DNA of 64,000 bases from Acidobacteriota bacterium. GTDB lineage: Bacteria; Acidobacteriota; UBA6911; RPQK01; JAJDTT01. Under the pieces are notes generated by a model. The model worked only from the letters and a program-made list of their open reading frames with translations, was not told the origin of the DNA and did not search any database. The stretch covers positions 1,792,001 through 1,856,000 of the forward strand of contig OZ242374.1 of NCBI GenBank assembly GCA_965209055.1, read 5' to 3'. Every line of letters begins with the position of its first letter. Within the stretch, counting starts at the first letter, position 1. A program made the position numbers and the translations under genes. This document shows positions 1 through 10,161 of the stretch, piece after piece.

Positions 1-13
1 GGAGAATCCTTCA

Positions 14-322
14 ATGCTGGCCCTGGCCGACGTCGGCACCAAGTGGGGACTCGTCATCTTGGGTCTGGGACTGATGTTGGGATTGTTCACCCGCCTGTCC
101 GCCTTCGGGGGATTCGCGCTGCTCATGTTGTTCTACCTGGCTTCGCCGGCGCTGGTGTCGGACGGCTTCCTGGTCCAGTCGGCCGAAGGGACCGAGCTCT
201 ACGTCACCAAGACGTTGATCGAGGCCTTGGCCCTGTCGCTGATTCTGGTCTTCCCCACCGGTCAGATCGCCGGTCTGGACATATTGGTCCGTCACTGGAC
301 GACCAACCGGTTCAACAGGTAG
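14..322 (+). CDS. DoxX/DoxD-family membrane protein (probably 5'-truncated by window edge)
   Basis: Hydrophobic helices with LGLMLGLFTRLSA motif, upstream of a Tat-exported oxidoreductase. Confidence 0.7.
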   Translation: MLALADVGTKWGLVILGLGLMLGLFTRLSAFGGFALLMLFYLASPALVSDGFLVQSAEGTELYVTKTLIEALALSLILVFPTGQIAGLDILVRHWTTNRFNR

Positions 323-429
323 CGGCCGGGCAGATCAAGGTTTTCCGGGTGGAGCAAGCGGGGACAAACCGCCGGCCTGATTGATAATATGGCAAGACCC
401 GATCCGATCCGATCTCCATGGAGGTGGGT

Positions 430-1704
430 ATGTTGAGCGACGAACAGAGAACACTGGGACGCAGGAATTTCCTCAAGGCCGTGGCCACGGTTCCGCCCAC
501 CGGAGCACTGCTCTGGAAGACTGCCTCCATATGGCCGGTGAAGGCCGGCATCATCGGCATCGGAGGTCAGGGCGGCGTGTTGATGGAGAACGCCCCGCCC
601 AGCCACATGAAGATCGCGGCGGTCTGCGACATCTTTCCCCCCAACCGGGAGAAAGCCCTCAAGATCGCCCAGGAACGGTTCGACCCGAACGCCGTAGCCT
701 ACTCGGATCATCGCGAACTGTTGAAACGCGGTGATATCGAGGCCGTCCTCATCGCGGCGCCCCTCTGGATGCACGAGGCTCTCGCCATCGACGCACTGAA
801 CGCGGGAAAGCACGTCTTCACCGAAAAGGCAATGGCCCACAGCATCGACGGTTGCCGACGCATGATCCAGGCGGCCGATTCCGCCGGCAAGCATCTCCAG
901 GTGGGTCACCAGCGCAACTACAACCCCTTGTACCAAGAGGCCTACCAGCTCATCCGCGAGGGTGTCATCGGCGACGTCTACCACGTCCGCAGCCTCTGGC
1001 ATCGGAACAAGAGCTGGAGGCGCCCGGTGCCCGAAACCGACTTCGACCCTTCACCCTGGGGTTACCCGGACATGGAGCACCTGAGGAACTGGAGGCTCTA
1101 CCGGAAGTACTCGTTCGGGCTCAATGCCGAATTGGGCAGCCACCATCTGCAGGTGGTCAACTGGTTCACCGGCAAGCTGCCCAAGGCCGTCTACGGTTCA
1201 GGCGGGATCTACGCCTACGACGACGGCCGCGAGGTGGAGGATCACATCTACGTCACCTACGAGTATCCGGGAGGCCTGACCTACACGTTCTCGTCCATTC
1301 AGACCAACGCCTTCGACCACTTCTACGAGCAGTTCATGGGCACCGAGGGCACCATCATCCTCACCCGGGAGCGGGAAGCCATGCTCTTCTCGGAGGGTGG
1401 GAAGGCGGCGGCGACCGAGCTCAAGACCCAGGCCATGGGAGACGCTCCTCTGCTGGAGGCTTCGGAAAGCCGGGTCCGGGATGCCGCCGGGTCCCAGGTC
1501 ACGGGTGGAGGCAAGAGCGCGGCCTCGGCTCTGAGGGGGTATTCCAAGGAATTGGAAGGATTCTGCCGGACCATCCGCTACGGGACCGAGAATCTTTGTG
1601 ACGGGCCGTCGGCCATGAACGTGTGCGTGCCCATGATCAAGGCCGGCGAGTCCATGGATTCCCGGCAGAAGGTGGAAATCCCCCAGAATCTCTACTGGAC
1701 CTGA
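430..1704 (+). CDS. Gfo/Idh/MocA family oxidoreductase, Tat-exported
   Basis: RRNFLK twin-arginine motif, GIIGIGGQG, HVFTEKAMA; GGAGG before ATG 430 (ORF track start 418). Confidence 0.9.
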   Translation: MLSDEQRTLGRRNFLKAVATVPPTGALLWKTASIWPVKAGIIGIGGQGGVLMENAPPSHMKIAAVCDIFPPNREKALKIAQERFDPNAVAYSDHRELLKRGDIEAVLIAAPLWMHEALAIDALNAGKHVFTEKAMAHSIDGCRRMIQAADSAGKHLQVGHQRNYNPLYQEAYQLIREGVIGDVYHVRSLWHRNKSWRRPVPETDFDPSPWGYPDMEHLRNWRLYRKYSFGLNAELGSHHLQVVNWFTGKLPKAVYGSGGIYAYDDGREVEDHIYVTYEYPGGLTYTFSSIQTNAFDHFYEQFMGTEGTIILTREREAMLFSEGGKAAATELKTQAMGDAPLLEASESRVRDAAGSQVTGGGKSAASALRGYSKELEGFCRTIRYGTENLCDGPSAMNVCVPMIKAGESMDSRQKVEIPQNLYWT

Positions 1705-1741
1705 TCCACCGACCGGTGTCCCCGGCTTGATGGAAGGCCGG

Positions 1742-2911
1742 TCAGCCGGAATCCGGCGGCAACACGGGAATATCGACCCAGGAACGGCTCAGCCAGGACT
1801 CGCGGGCGCACTCGGCCAACTGAACCCCCTTGGCTCCCTCCAGCATGTTCCAGGGGAACGGTTCGTCGGCAAGAACATGGCGCAGGAACAGTTCCCACTG
1901 CGTCCGGAAGGGACCGGACGCCGGCGCGGGACCGGGTGCGGGCGACCACGATTCCAGCCAGGCGTGCGACTGCTCCAGATCCGGATTCCAGGTCACCCGG
2001 GGGGTGGAGCGGGCGAGTTGCACCCAACAATGGTTCAAGCCGCAGACGGCCGATCCCAGAGTTCCGTCGACTTGAAGGGTGAAGAGGTCGTCCCGGCGCA
2101 CTCGAACCGCCCAGGAACTGTTGAAGTGGGCGACCACGTCTCCTTCGAGTAGAAACGTGGCGTAGGCCGAATCGTCGGCGGTGACCGCGTACTCCCGGCC
2201 TTTTTCGTTCCATCGCCGGCGAACGTGGGTGGCTCCCAGGCAGGAGACGGCCCGCAGGCGGCCGAAGAGGTTTTCCAGCAGATACCTCCAGTGGGGAAAC
2301 ATGTCCAGAATGATGCTGCCGCCCTCTTCCCTGCGATAGTTCCACGACGGCCGCTGCAAGGGGGCATCCCGCCCGTCGAAGACCCAGTAGCCGAACTCTC
2401 CCCGGACCGAAAGGATCCGCCCCAGGCTTCCGTCTCGCAACAACCGTTTCAAGCGAACGATCCCGGGCACCCAGAGCTTGTCCTGGACCACGCCGTGCTT
2501 GAGTCCCCTCCCTTGGGCCATCCGGTAGAGCCGATGCGCCTCGGCGCTGGTGGCGGCGGCCGGTTTCTCGCAGTAGACGTGCCGGCCCGCCTCCAGGGCC
2601 CGTTCCATCGCCGCAGCCCGCAGCGGAGTGGTCTGAGCGTCGAAGTAGATCCGGTTGGCGGGGTCTTCCAGGGCCCGTTCCAACCGGTCGGTCCAGGTTT
2701 CGACGCCGGTCTCGCGGGACAGCCGCTCCAGCTTGACCGGGTTCCGCCCCACCAGAACCGGCTCGGGAAGGATCCGGCCGATGCCGGGGATCTCCATTCC
2801 TCCGTCCCGGCGGATGCTCAGGATGGACCGGCGCAGATGCTGATTGGTCCCCATGCGGCCGGTGACCCCGTTCATGATGACGCCGATGCGGAGGGGGGAG
2901 TCTGCGGACAT
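1742..2911 (-). CDS. Gfo/Idh/MocA family oxidoreductase
   Basis: IMNGVTGRMG, HVYCEKP, DMFPHW motifs. Confidence 0.9.
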   Translation of the reverse strand: MSADSPLRIGVIMNGVTGRMGTNQHLRRSILSIRRDGGMEIPGIGRILPEPVLVGRNPVKLERLSRETGVETWTDRLERALEDPANRIYFDAQTTPLRAAAMERALEAGRHVYCEKPAAATSAEAHRLYRMAQGRGLKHGVVQDKLWVPGIVRLKRLLRDGSLGRILSVRGEFGYWVFDGRDAPLQRPSWNYRREEGGSIILDMFPHWRYLLENLFGRLRAVSCLGATHVRRRWNEKGREYAVTADDSAYATFLLEGDVVAHFNSSWAVRVRRDDLFTLQVDGTLGSAVCGLNHCWVQLARSTPRVTWNPDLEQSHAWLESWSPAPGPAPASGPFRTQWELFLRHVLADEPFPWNMLEGAKGVQLAECARESWLSRSWVDIPVLPPDSG

Positions 2912-2920
2912 GTTTCAGCT

Positions 2921-3355
2921 TCAAACGTGTTGGGAGCGGGCCCCCTCCGGCAGGGAGGGCGCCTCGCGGCCGGCGCGGGGAAGGATGCCCGTGAGTTCCT
3001 GGCGCCAGTGGGCCACGTCTCCGGCGGGACCGTAGCAATAGATGAAGGTCAAGGGTTTCTTTCCCAGGTTGGTGAGCTGATGGTAAACGCCCGGCGGAAT
3101 ATAGACGACGTCCCCGGAGCTCAAGGTTCTCCGCTCCCGGCCCAGGCACATCTCTCCGGTCCCCTCCACGACGTAGTAGATCTCCTCCTGCTCCTGATTG
3201 TGCCAGGGGACCTGGCCTCCGTCCGGGTCCAGGACCACGGACCCCATGCAGAAGCTGGCGGCTTGAATGGGCGATGGGCCTCCCACCAGGTTCCTCGACT
3301 CGCGGCCGGCCGGGAATCGGCGGGAACTCAACCGGTTGAGACTGGCAACGATCAT
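2921..3355 (-). CDS. Cupin domain protein
   Basis: PWHNQEQEEIYYVVEG and GDVVYIPPGVYHQL cupin motifs; GGAGG RBS before ATG at 3355. Confidence 0.85.
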   Translation of the reverse strand: MIVASLNRLSSRRFPAGRESRNLVGGPSPIQAASFCMGSVVLDPDGGQVPWHNQEQEEIYYVVEGTGEMCLGRERRTLSSGDVVYIPPGVYHQLTNLGKKPLTFIYCYGPAGDVAHWRQELTGILPRAGREAPSLPEGARSQHV

Positions 3356-3535
3356 CTGCTCCGTCCTCCACGATGTTCGGCGGCTACCCGGCCGATCTTC
3401 TCCGAAACCGGGGCAAGAGGAAAGAGCAAAGCTCCCGGAGCGGCGGTTTCCTGACCGCCGATTCCCGAGCAGCAAGAGAATAGGAGCCGTGGCGGGCGAT
3501 TGGGAATTCGCCCTTCCAAACACCGGAACGGTTTC

Positions 3536-5092
3536 CTAACCGCCGCTCCGGGTCTTTTTCCAGAAACTCCGGTCCAGGGACCGGTACTGGATGGCCTCGG
3601 AGACATGGGAGGTGGTCAGTCCGGACGACCCGTCGAGATCGGCGATGGTGCGCGCCATCTTGAGGATGCGGTCGTAGGCTCGAGCCGAGAATCCCAACCT
3701 GGGAAGGGCGTCGTCGAACAACCGCCTGACCGTGGGACTCAGGGTGCAGAACCGCTGGATCTCCTGACCCCCCATCTGAGCGTTGCAGAAGATGGGCGTT
3801 CCCGAGAAGCGGTCCCGCTGGACGTCCCGCGCCCGGGCGACCCGCTTGGCGATGGAGCGTGACGGCTCTCCCGAAGGCTGGGCCGCCAGGTCGCGATACG
3901 GCACCTCGGGGACCTCGACCTGCAGGTCCATCCGATCCAGGAAGGGTCCCGAAATCCGCGTCAGATAGCGGTGGATCGCCAGCGGAGAACAGACGCACTC
4001 CCGGTGAAGACTGGTGGCATAGCCGCAGGGACAAGGGTTCATGGCGGCCACCAGCATGAAACGGGAGGGAAAGGTCAAGCTGCGGGCGGCCCGGCTGATG
4101 GTGACTTCTCCGGCCTCGCAGGGTTGGCGAAGCGTTTCCAGCACCCGCCGGTGGAACTCGGGCAGCTCATCCAGAAAGAGGACTCCATTGTGGGCCAGGG
4201 AGATTTCGCCCGGCCGGGGCGGCGACCCCCCGCCCACCAGGCCGGCTCCGCTGATGCTGTGGTGGGGAGACCGGAAGGGGCGCCTCGCCAGGATGGAGCG
4301 GCCCTTGCCCAGCAATCCGCAAACGCTGTGGACCGCCGTCGTCTCCAGGGATTCGGAGAAGTTCATGGAGGGTAAAATGGAGGGGATTCGCCGGGCCAGC
4401 ATGGTCTTCCCGGCGCCGGGCGGGCCCATCAGGAGCAGGTTGTGTCCCCCGCCGCAAGCCACCTCCATGGCCCGCTTGGCCGCCTGTTGCGCCTTGACGT
4501 GAGAAAAATCGGGCAGGCGGCATTCCGATGCCGATTCTCCTGCCTCCGGATCGATGGTGAGGGGACCCTCGCTCCGGTTGCCGTTGAGCAGGTCCAGGAC
4601 CTGGGGCAGACTGACCCCGCTATAGACCTCGATTTCCCGGACGGCCGCCGCCTCCCGGGCGTTGCCGGCCGGGAGCAGGAGCCGCTCGAACTTCCGCTTG
4701 ACGGCTCCCAGGGCCACCGGCAGCGCGCCTCGAATGGAACGCACCATTCCATCCAGCGACAATTCGCCGAGGATCAGCCACTTCCGCAGTTCCCGGTTCT
4801 CCAGCTTACCGGTCAAACCCAGGATCCCCAATGCGATGGGCAGGTCGTAGCAACTGCCTTCCTTCTTGAATCCCGCGGGGGCCAGGTTGACGATGATGGT
4901 CCCTTGGCCGGGAAACTTGAAGCCGCAATTGCGGATGGCGGCCCGCACCCTCTCGCCGCTCTCCTTGACCGCCCTGTCGGGCAAGCCGACCACGTGGTAC
5001 CGGAAATACATGCTCTGGGTGAAATTGACCTCCACGTCGACGATTTCGGCCTGGATGCCCAACACGGAGGCACTGTGGACTTTGAGCAGCAT
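3536..5092 (-). CDS. comM: YifB/ComM Mg-chelatase-like AAA ATPase
   Basis: VGLPDRAVKES, KEGSCYDLPIA, GPPGAGKT, LAHNGVLFLDELPEF, AAMNPCPCG. Confidence 0.93.
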   Translation of the reverse strand: MLLKVHSASVLGIQAEIVDVEVNFTQSMYFRYHVVGLPDRAVKESGERVRAAIRNCGFKFPGQGTIIVNLAPAGFKKEGSCYDLPIALGILGLTGKLENRELRKWLILGELSLDGMVRSIRGALPVALGAVKRKFERLLLPAGNAREAAAVREIEVYSGVSLPQVLDLLNGNRSEGPLTIDPEAGESASECRLPDFSHVKAQQAAKRAMEVACGGGHNLLLMGPPGAGKTMLARRIPSILPSMNFSESLETTAVHSVCGLLGKGRSILARRPFRSPHHSISGAGLVGGGSPPRPGEISLAHNGVLFLDELPEFHRRVLETLRQPCEAGEVTISRAARSLTFPSRFMLVAAMNPCPCGYATSLHRECVCSPLAIHRYLTRISGPFLDRMDLQVEVPEVPYRDLAAQPSGEPSRSIAKRVARARDVQRDRFSGTPIFCNAQMGGQEIQRFCTLSPTVRRLFDDALPRLGFSARAYDRILKMARTIADLDGSSGLTTSHVSEAIQYRSLDRSFWKKTRSGG

Positions 5093-5377
5093 GGCCCGGA
5101 ACACCCCTGAATTCACACGACCGCCGCCCGGTGCGGCAGATCCTCTCACCATCGCCCGCCCGGCGCCGAGCCGAGCACGCTATGGTGCGCTTCAACCGCT
5201 TGTTAACGTCCCGGGCAGGCAAAATGCGAAGCGGCAGGCCGGTTCCAACGTGCCTTGGGAGGGAGCCGGAGGCCGGAGCCGGGTGGAGTTCAAGGTTCCG
5301 GGGTATACTCTCTAGTCTTTCCGGAGCGTACGGAGCAAACCGGCGGGAACTCCGGACCAGCGACTGGGAACGAATCA

Positions 5378-6424
5378 ATGACGGATAGGAACCATCGACG
5401 GGAGGGACGCTTCCTGCGGGCTTGCCGGCTCCGGAAGGTGGATTGCACTCCCGTCTGGGTGATGCGCCAGGCGGGCCGCTACCTGCCTGAATACCGGCGG
5501 TTGAGGGAGCGTTACACCCTCTTGCAAATCTGTGGAAACCCGGAGTTGGCGGCTGAGGTGACCCTGCAGCCCATCCGGCGTTTCGATCTGGACGCGGCCA
5601 TTATTTTCGCGGACATCCTCCTGCCGCTGAAGGGAATGGGCCTGGATTTCCGGTTCGCCGCCGGAGAGGGTCCCGTCATTTCCCGGCCGGTCAGGAGCCC
5701 CGAAGCGGTCCGGGCGCTCCACACCATGGATCCCTGGGAGCACCTGTCCCACGTGATGGAGGCGCTCCGGCTGGTGCGGCAGGAGTTGGACCCGGGGCGG
5801 GCCTTGATCGGATTCTGCGGCGCTCCCTTCACTCTCGCCAGCTACATGATCGAAGGGGGCAAGTCCAAGAACTTCCAGGAGACCAAGAAGTTCATGTACA
5901 CCCATCCGGACGCCTGGAAGGAGTTGATGGGAAAGCTGGTGGAAGTGCAGGTCTCCTATCTGAATGCGCAGGTCGATGCGGGAGCCCAGGCGGTTCAGCT
6001 CTTCGACAGTTGGGTCGGCAGCCTGGGCCGGGCCGACTACCGGGAGTATGTCCTTCCCTTTTCCCGGGCCCTGTTCCAAGGGCTCAAACATCGGGGGGTC
6101 CCCCTGATCCATTTCGGAACCGGAACCGGAGCTCTTCTGGAAGACATGCAGGAAGCGGACGGGACGGTGCTGGGTGTCGATTGGCGGGTCGACCTGGACC
6201 AGGTCTGGGAACGGCTGGGTTCGGGTCAAGCCATCCAGGGGAACCTCGACCCGCTTGCCCTGATGGCCCCCCGGCCGGTCCTGAAGCGGAAGGTGCGCGA
6301 GGTTCTGGCCCAGGCCCGGGGACGCCGGGGACACATCTTCAACCTGGGTCACGGCGTTTTGCCGCCCACCGATCCGGACGCCGTCGCGGCCATGGTCGAT
6401 TGGGTTCGAGAGGAGTCAAAGTGA
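5378..6424 (+). CDS. hemE: Uroporphyrinogen decarboxylase
   Basis: PVWVMRQAGRYLPEY, QLFDSW, HIFNLGHG. Confidence 0.96.
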   Translation: MTDRNHRREGRFLRACRLRKVDCTPVWVMRQAGRYLPEYRRLRERYTLLQICGNPELAAEVTLQPIRRFDLDAAIIFADILLPLKGMGLDFRFAAGEGPVISRPVRSPEAVRALHTMDPWEHLSHVMEALRLVRQELDPGRALIGFCGAPFTLASYMIEGGKSKNFQETKKFMYTHPDAWKELMGKLVEVQVSYLNAQVDAGAQAVQLFDSWVGSLGRADYREYVLPFSRALFQGLKHRGVPLIHFGTGTGALLEDMQEADGTVLGVDWRVDLDQVWERLGSGQAIQGNLDPLALMAPRPVLKRKVREVLAQARGRRGHIFNLGHGVLPPTDPDAVAAMVDWVREESK

Positions 6425-7071
6425 TCGTTTTCGCCAGGGATTCCATCAAGATAGGAATGGGCGTCCACCGGAAGATCATGTGCGCCGTTCCCCGATTTCG
6501 ATTCGGATGCACCATCCTGTTCCCGTTCCTGTTCCTTTTCGGCGGGACGGAGCCGGTTGCAGCCAGCCCGGACTGCGAATCGATCCTCCCCGGCCTGAAG
6601 GTCCCGGCCAAGCTCAAGACCCGGGGAAAGCCGAAACGGGGACGTTGGGAGAACGTGGACAAGGTCGTCACCCGGGTGCGGGAGGCCGTCGAGGAAACGG
6701 AATGTTCGTTGACGCTGGCGCAGTTGTTCCGGGTCCGCCGCCAGGAGATCTTCTTTCCCTTGACCAACAACCTGCTCAGGACGATCCCGGAGGAATCCCT
6801 GGAGGGCGTTTCCGTCTACTCCAGCGACGGCGAGCGGCTGGGAGAATTTTCCAACATCGTTCCGTATCACCGCAGCGGAGGACTTTACGCCGCCAAGGGG
6901 TACACGCTGCACTATTTCCAATACAAGGATGAGGAGGGCGGCCTCCACTCCAGCGGCACCGATCTACTGTTGGACAACTTTCTGCTAAAGTGGAACGACA
7001 TCAAGGATCGCGTCTTGATCTCCACTCCACGCCAGACCGAAGGGGATCTGCAATTCAGACAACGGCAATGA
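6421..7071 (+). CDS. Hypothetical exported protein (start uncertain: 6421, 6457 or 6478)
   Basis: Signal-like hydrophobic stretch; overlaps hemE stop and next ATG (ATGA). Confidence 0.6.
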   Translation: MIVFARDSIKIGMGVHRKIMCAVPRFRFGCTILFPFLFLFGGTEPVAASPDCESILPGLKVPAKLKTRGKPKRGRWENVDKVVTRVREAVEETECSLTLAQLFRVRRQEIFFPLTNNLLRTIPEESLEGVSVYSSDGERLGEFSNIVPYHRSGGLYAAKGYTLHYFQYKDEEGGLHSSGTDLLLDNFLLKWNDIKDRVLISTPRQTEGDLQFRQRQ

Positions 7072-8102
7072 CGAGACCGGTGCATCGATTTCCCGGCAAT
7101 CCGGCAGGAAGGCTTCTCCTGGTCCTGGTCCTGCTCTGCCCCCAGGTCTGGACCTCAAACCTGTTGGGGCAGGACGGTTCATCCGATACCTACAGGACCG
7201 CGTATGGCCGCGGTTACGAGGACGGACAACGGTCGGGAGAAAGTGATCGGGCGGCGCGCCATTACTACGACATGGCCAACAAGCGGGAATATCAGCGGTT
7301 GGATCCCGGGTTCGATCCGGACCGGGACGACCCCGAAATCTATCGAAACGGCTATCGCCGGGGTTTCGAAGCCGGCTATGACGACGGGTTCTATCCTGAC
7401 CGGCCGGGCTCCCGGCGGCGTGCCCCGGCACCGGAACCGGATGGTCCGGAGGCCCGATCTCCGGCCGCAGCGGACTCGGAATCAAAGCTCCGGATCCCGG
7501 CCGGGACCGAGATTCGCGTTCGAATGAAGGAACCGCTCACCACCAGAACCCACAAAGTCGGAGACACTTTCTCAGCCCGGGTGATTCAGAGTATCGATGC
7601 GGGGAGGGCAAGGGCCATACCCAAGGGCGTCGAGGTTCGCGGCTCCATCTCCCAGTTGGTGAGGGCCGGCCGGATCCGGGGCCGGGCCCGCATGAACCTG
7701 CACTTCAAGGAACTGCGCTTCAGAGACGGACGAGTGGTCCCCATGGATGCCCAGATGGCTTCCCTGGTGGAGCCGCGCAAGAGGAGCGTCTCCGACGAAG
7801 AAGGCACGCTGAAGGAACCTGGGGAAAAGGCCGGGGATGCCGGCAAGATCGGGGCCTCATCCGCCATCGGTGCGCTGATCGGCCTGATCGGCGGCGGTAA
7901 GGAAGGGGTCGCCGTGGGGGCGGCCGCCGGGGCCGCTGTGGGAGCGGCCGGGATTCTGGTGACCCGGGGGAGGGACATCGTAATTCCAGCCGGGACTGAA
8001 ATCGTCATTCGACTGAGCAAGGATCTCGACCTCCCCGCATCGCACCGGTCCACTCCTCATCGCCGCGAGGAAGATTTCCTTACCACCGGCGACGCGTTGT
8101 AA
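7068..8102 (+). CDS. Exported protein with GY-rich repeats, TrbI/VirB10-like beta domain and glycine zipper
   Basis: Signal peptide; RGYEDG/RRGFEAGYDDG; IPAGTEIRVR...IPAGTEIVIRL; GAAAGAAVG. Confidence 0.7.
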   Translation: MTRPVHRFPGNPAGRLLLVLVLLCPQVWTSNLLGQDGSSDTYRTAYGRGYEDGQRSGESDRAARHYYDMANKREYQRLDPGFDPDRDDPEIYRNGYRRGFEAGYDDGFYPDRPGSRRRAPAPEPDGPEARSPAAADSESKLRIPAGTEIRVRMKEPLTTRTHKVGDTFSARVIQSIDAGRARAIPKGVEVRGSISQLVRAGRIRGRARMNLHFKELRFRDGRVVPMDAQMASLVEPRKRSVSDEEGTLKEPGEKAGDAGKIGASSAIGALIGLIGGGKEGVAVGAAAGAAVGAAGILVTRGRDIVIPAGTEIVIRLSKDLDLPASHRSTPHRREEDFLTTGDAL

Positions 8103-8181
8103 CTGCTGAAGCACCGGTTGATCTTCGGTCCCGGGAAAGCTGCCGGGGCGGTTCCCGGTTTCTCCTTCTCCTTTTTCCGGA

Positions 8182-10077
8182 TCAGGCCGCGTGTTCGGCC
8201 AGGAATTCCTGCAACGCCTCCAGGTAGGTCTCGATCGTCTGCGACTTCTTCCAGCCGTGTCCTTCACCCGGGAACCGATGGTAGATATGGGGGACTCCCC
8301 GCCCCGCCAGAACTTCGGCGATCCGGTCCGATTGGCTGGGGGGAACGACTTCGTCGTCTTCGCCCTGAAAGAGTGCGACCGGATCCCGGATCGACCCGGC
8401 CCGCCCCAAAGGCGAGCGGTCCCGGTAGCGGGACTCGTCCCGGGGCAGGAGGCCCACCAGCGAGTCCAGGTAATGCGCTTCGAACTTGTGCGTCTCCCGG
8501 GCCAGGGCAAGTAGATCGGAGACTCCGTAGAGGCAGACTCCGGCTCGAAACAGGCCCGGATAACGGATCAGGCACAACAGTACGGTGAACCCCCCGGCGC
8601 TGCCTCCCAGGACGAAGAGGCGATCGGGACGGGCTCGTCCGCTGGAGACCAGGGTTTCGGCGGCGGACCGGGTGTCCTCGACGTCGGCCACTCCCCATTG
8701 ACCCTTCAGGGCATCCCGGTAAGCGCGGCCGTAACCGGAGCTGCCCCGGTAGTTGAGATCCAGCACGGCGAATCCCCGGCTGGTCAGGAAAGGGATTTCG
8801 AAACGGTATTCGACCAGGGCCTGAGAGGTGGGACCGCCATGGACCCGAATGACCGCAGGGGGCGGAGCCGTTGGCCGGTGCGCGGGATTTCTGGGACGGT
8901 AGTACAAGCCATGACAGGCCAGGGGTTCCGGAAGATCGGCCTCGGACCGCACCCGCCAGGAAAGGGGACGGGGATGGCCCAGGTAGGCTGCTTCCGGCGG
9001 ATCGGGAGTCACCTGGGACCAGGTCTCCACCGCGCCATGAGCTGAAACGGTGAGGACCCGGCGCGGAAGCAGCGGGGAGGAGCCGACGAGTGCGACCCGC
9101 TCGCCTTCGGGCGCCGGAGAGAGCTGGCTCAACGCCGAATAGCGGGAGAGGCCGCCGCCGACCGGTTGGGGTCGCCGTTCCTCCAGGTCCACCCGCACCA
9201 GCGCCGCACGGCCCCGAGTCAGCCGAATCGCGTAGACCGCGTCGCCCGACGGGGTCCAGGCGTGGGATCTGAGCCCCTGGATCCAAGCCGGCCCCGCGTA
9301 CTCGCAAGGTTCGCGCACCAACGGCTGCAGCGATCCGTCCGCCAGGTCGTAAAGCCAGAGGTTGAACCAGCCTCCCCGATCGGAGACGAAGCTCAGGTAG
9401 CGGCCGTCCGGGGAAAAAGCAGGTTGGAAGACCGCGACGGAACCTCCCGGATCACCGGCCACCAGCACCGGCTCCGGTCCATCTCCGGCCCCTGTCCGGC
9501 AGCCGGCCTCGCCCAGGTAGAGGCCGCTTCCGTCCCAAGGCATGTTGGGGTGGTCCCACGCGACCCAGGCGACCCGGCGGCCGTCCGGGTGCCAGGCCGG
9601 CTGCATGTAGAAGTCGCGTCCGGACGCCAATTGGACCGGCCAGCCGGAGCCGTCCGTCCGCGCCAGACCGAGGCAGTCCACACCCTCGGAGGAATGGACA
9701 TAGACCAGCCGGCGGCCGTCCGGAGACGCCGACGGCGCCGCCGCCTTGCCCCACGGCGGGGTCACGGGCGCGGATTCCGAGTCCTCCAATCCCCGGCGAA
9801 AGATCCTCCCCCCGGAGACGAAATAAACCTGGTCGCCGGACACCGAAAAGTCGCCGCCGCCGTATCCCACCCGGGCTCGAACGGAACGCCCGGAGACCAG
9901 GTCCCGGGGCGGACCGTCGAGGGATTCGCGAACCACCAGGACCCCTGTCGCGGAACGATCTTCCCGCCAGACCAGAGCTCCCGATGCCGTCCATTGGACG
10001 TCGCTCGGCCGGACCCGCGCCGCCCCTTGGCCGGGCGCCAAGGGACTCTCCCAGAGTCGGCCCGCCGCGCTGTTCAT
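8182..10077 (-). CDS. S9 family peptidase (propeller + alpha/beta hydrolase)
   Basis: HGGPT, NYRGSSGYG, GGSAGG nucleophile, FQGEDD, GEGHG; likely start MNSAAGRLWESP. Confidence 0.92.
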   Translation of the reverse strand: MNSAAGRLWESPLAPGQGAARVRPSDVQWTASGALVWREDRSATGVLVVRESLDGPPRDLVSGRSVRARVGYGGGDFSVSGDQVYFVSGGRIFRRGLEDSESAPVTPPWGKAAAPSASPDGRRLVYVHSSEGVDCLGLARTDGSGWPVQLASGRDFYMQPAWHPDGRRVAWVAWDHPNMPWDGSGLYLGEAGCRTGAGDGPEPVLVAGDPGGSVAVFQPAFSPDGRYLSFVSDRGGWFNLWLYDLADGSLQPLVREPCEYAGPAWIQGLRSHAWTPSGDAVYAIRLTRGRAALVRVDLEERRPQPVGGGLSRYSALSQLSPAPEGERVALVGSSPLLPRRVLTVSAHGAVETWSQVTPDPPEAAYLGHPRPLSWRVRSEADLPEPLACHGLYYRPRNPAHRPTAPPPAVIRVHGGPTSQALVEYRFEIPFLTSRGFAVLDLNYRGSSGYGRAYRDALKGQWGVADVEDTRSAAETLVSSGRARPDRLFVLGGSAGGFTVLLCLIRYPGLFRAGVCLYGVSDLLALARETHKFEAHYLDSLVGLLPRDESRYRDRSPLGRAGSIRDPVALFQGEDDEVVPPSQSDRIAEVLAGRGVPHIYHRFPGEGHGWKKSQTIETYLEALQEFLAEHAA

Positions 10078-10161
10078 TCCGGCTCGCTTTTCGGTTCCTC
10101 TTTCCCGATCTCTAGGGCACCGTCTTGAACTGTGCCCATTGTATGGTGTTTCATAGCGGCG

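Noticed and set aside
1692-3454. Long overlapping ORFs (559 aa, 409 aa) and similar ones such as 14958-16529, 35484-37046, 51734-53344
   Set aside because: Arg/Pro/Gly-rich alternate-frame or antisense shadows of real genes in high-GC DNA
7068-8102. VirB10-like gene as part of a second T4SS
   Set aside because: Isolated within the hemE operon with no other vir genes nearby
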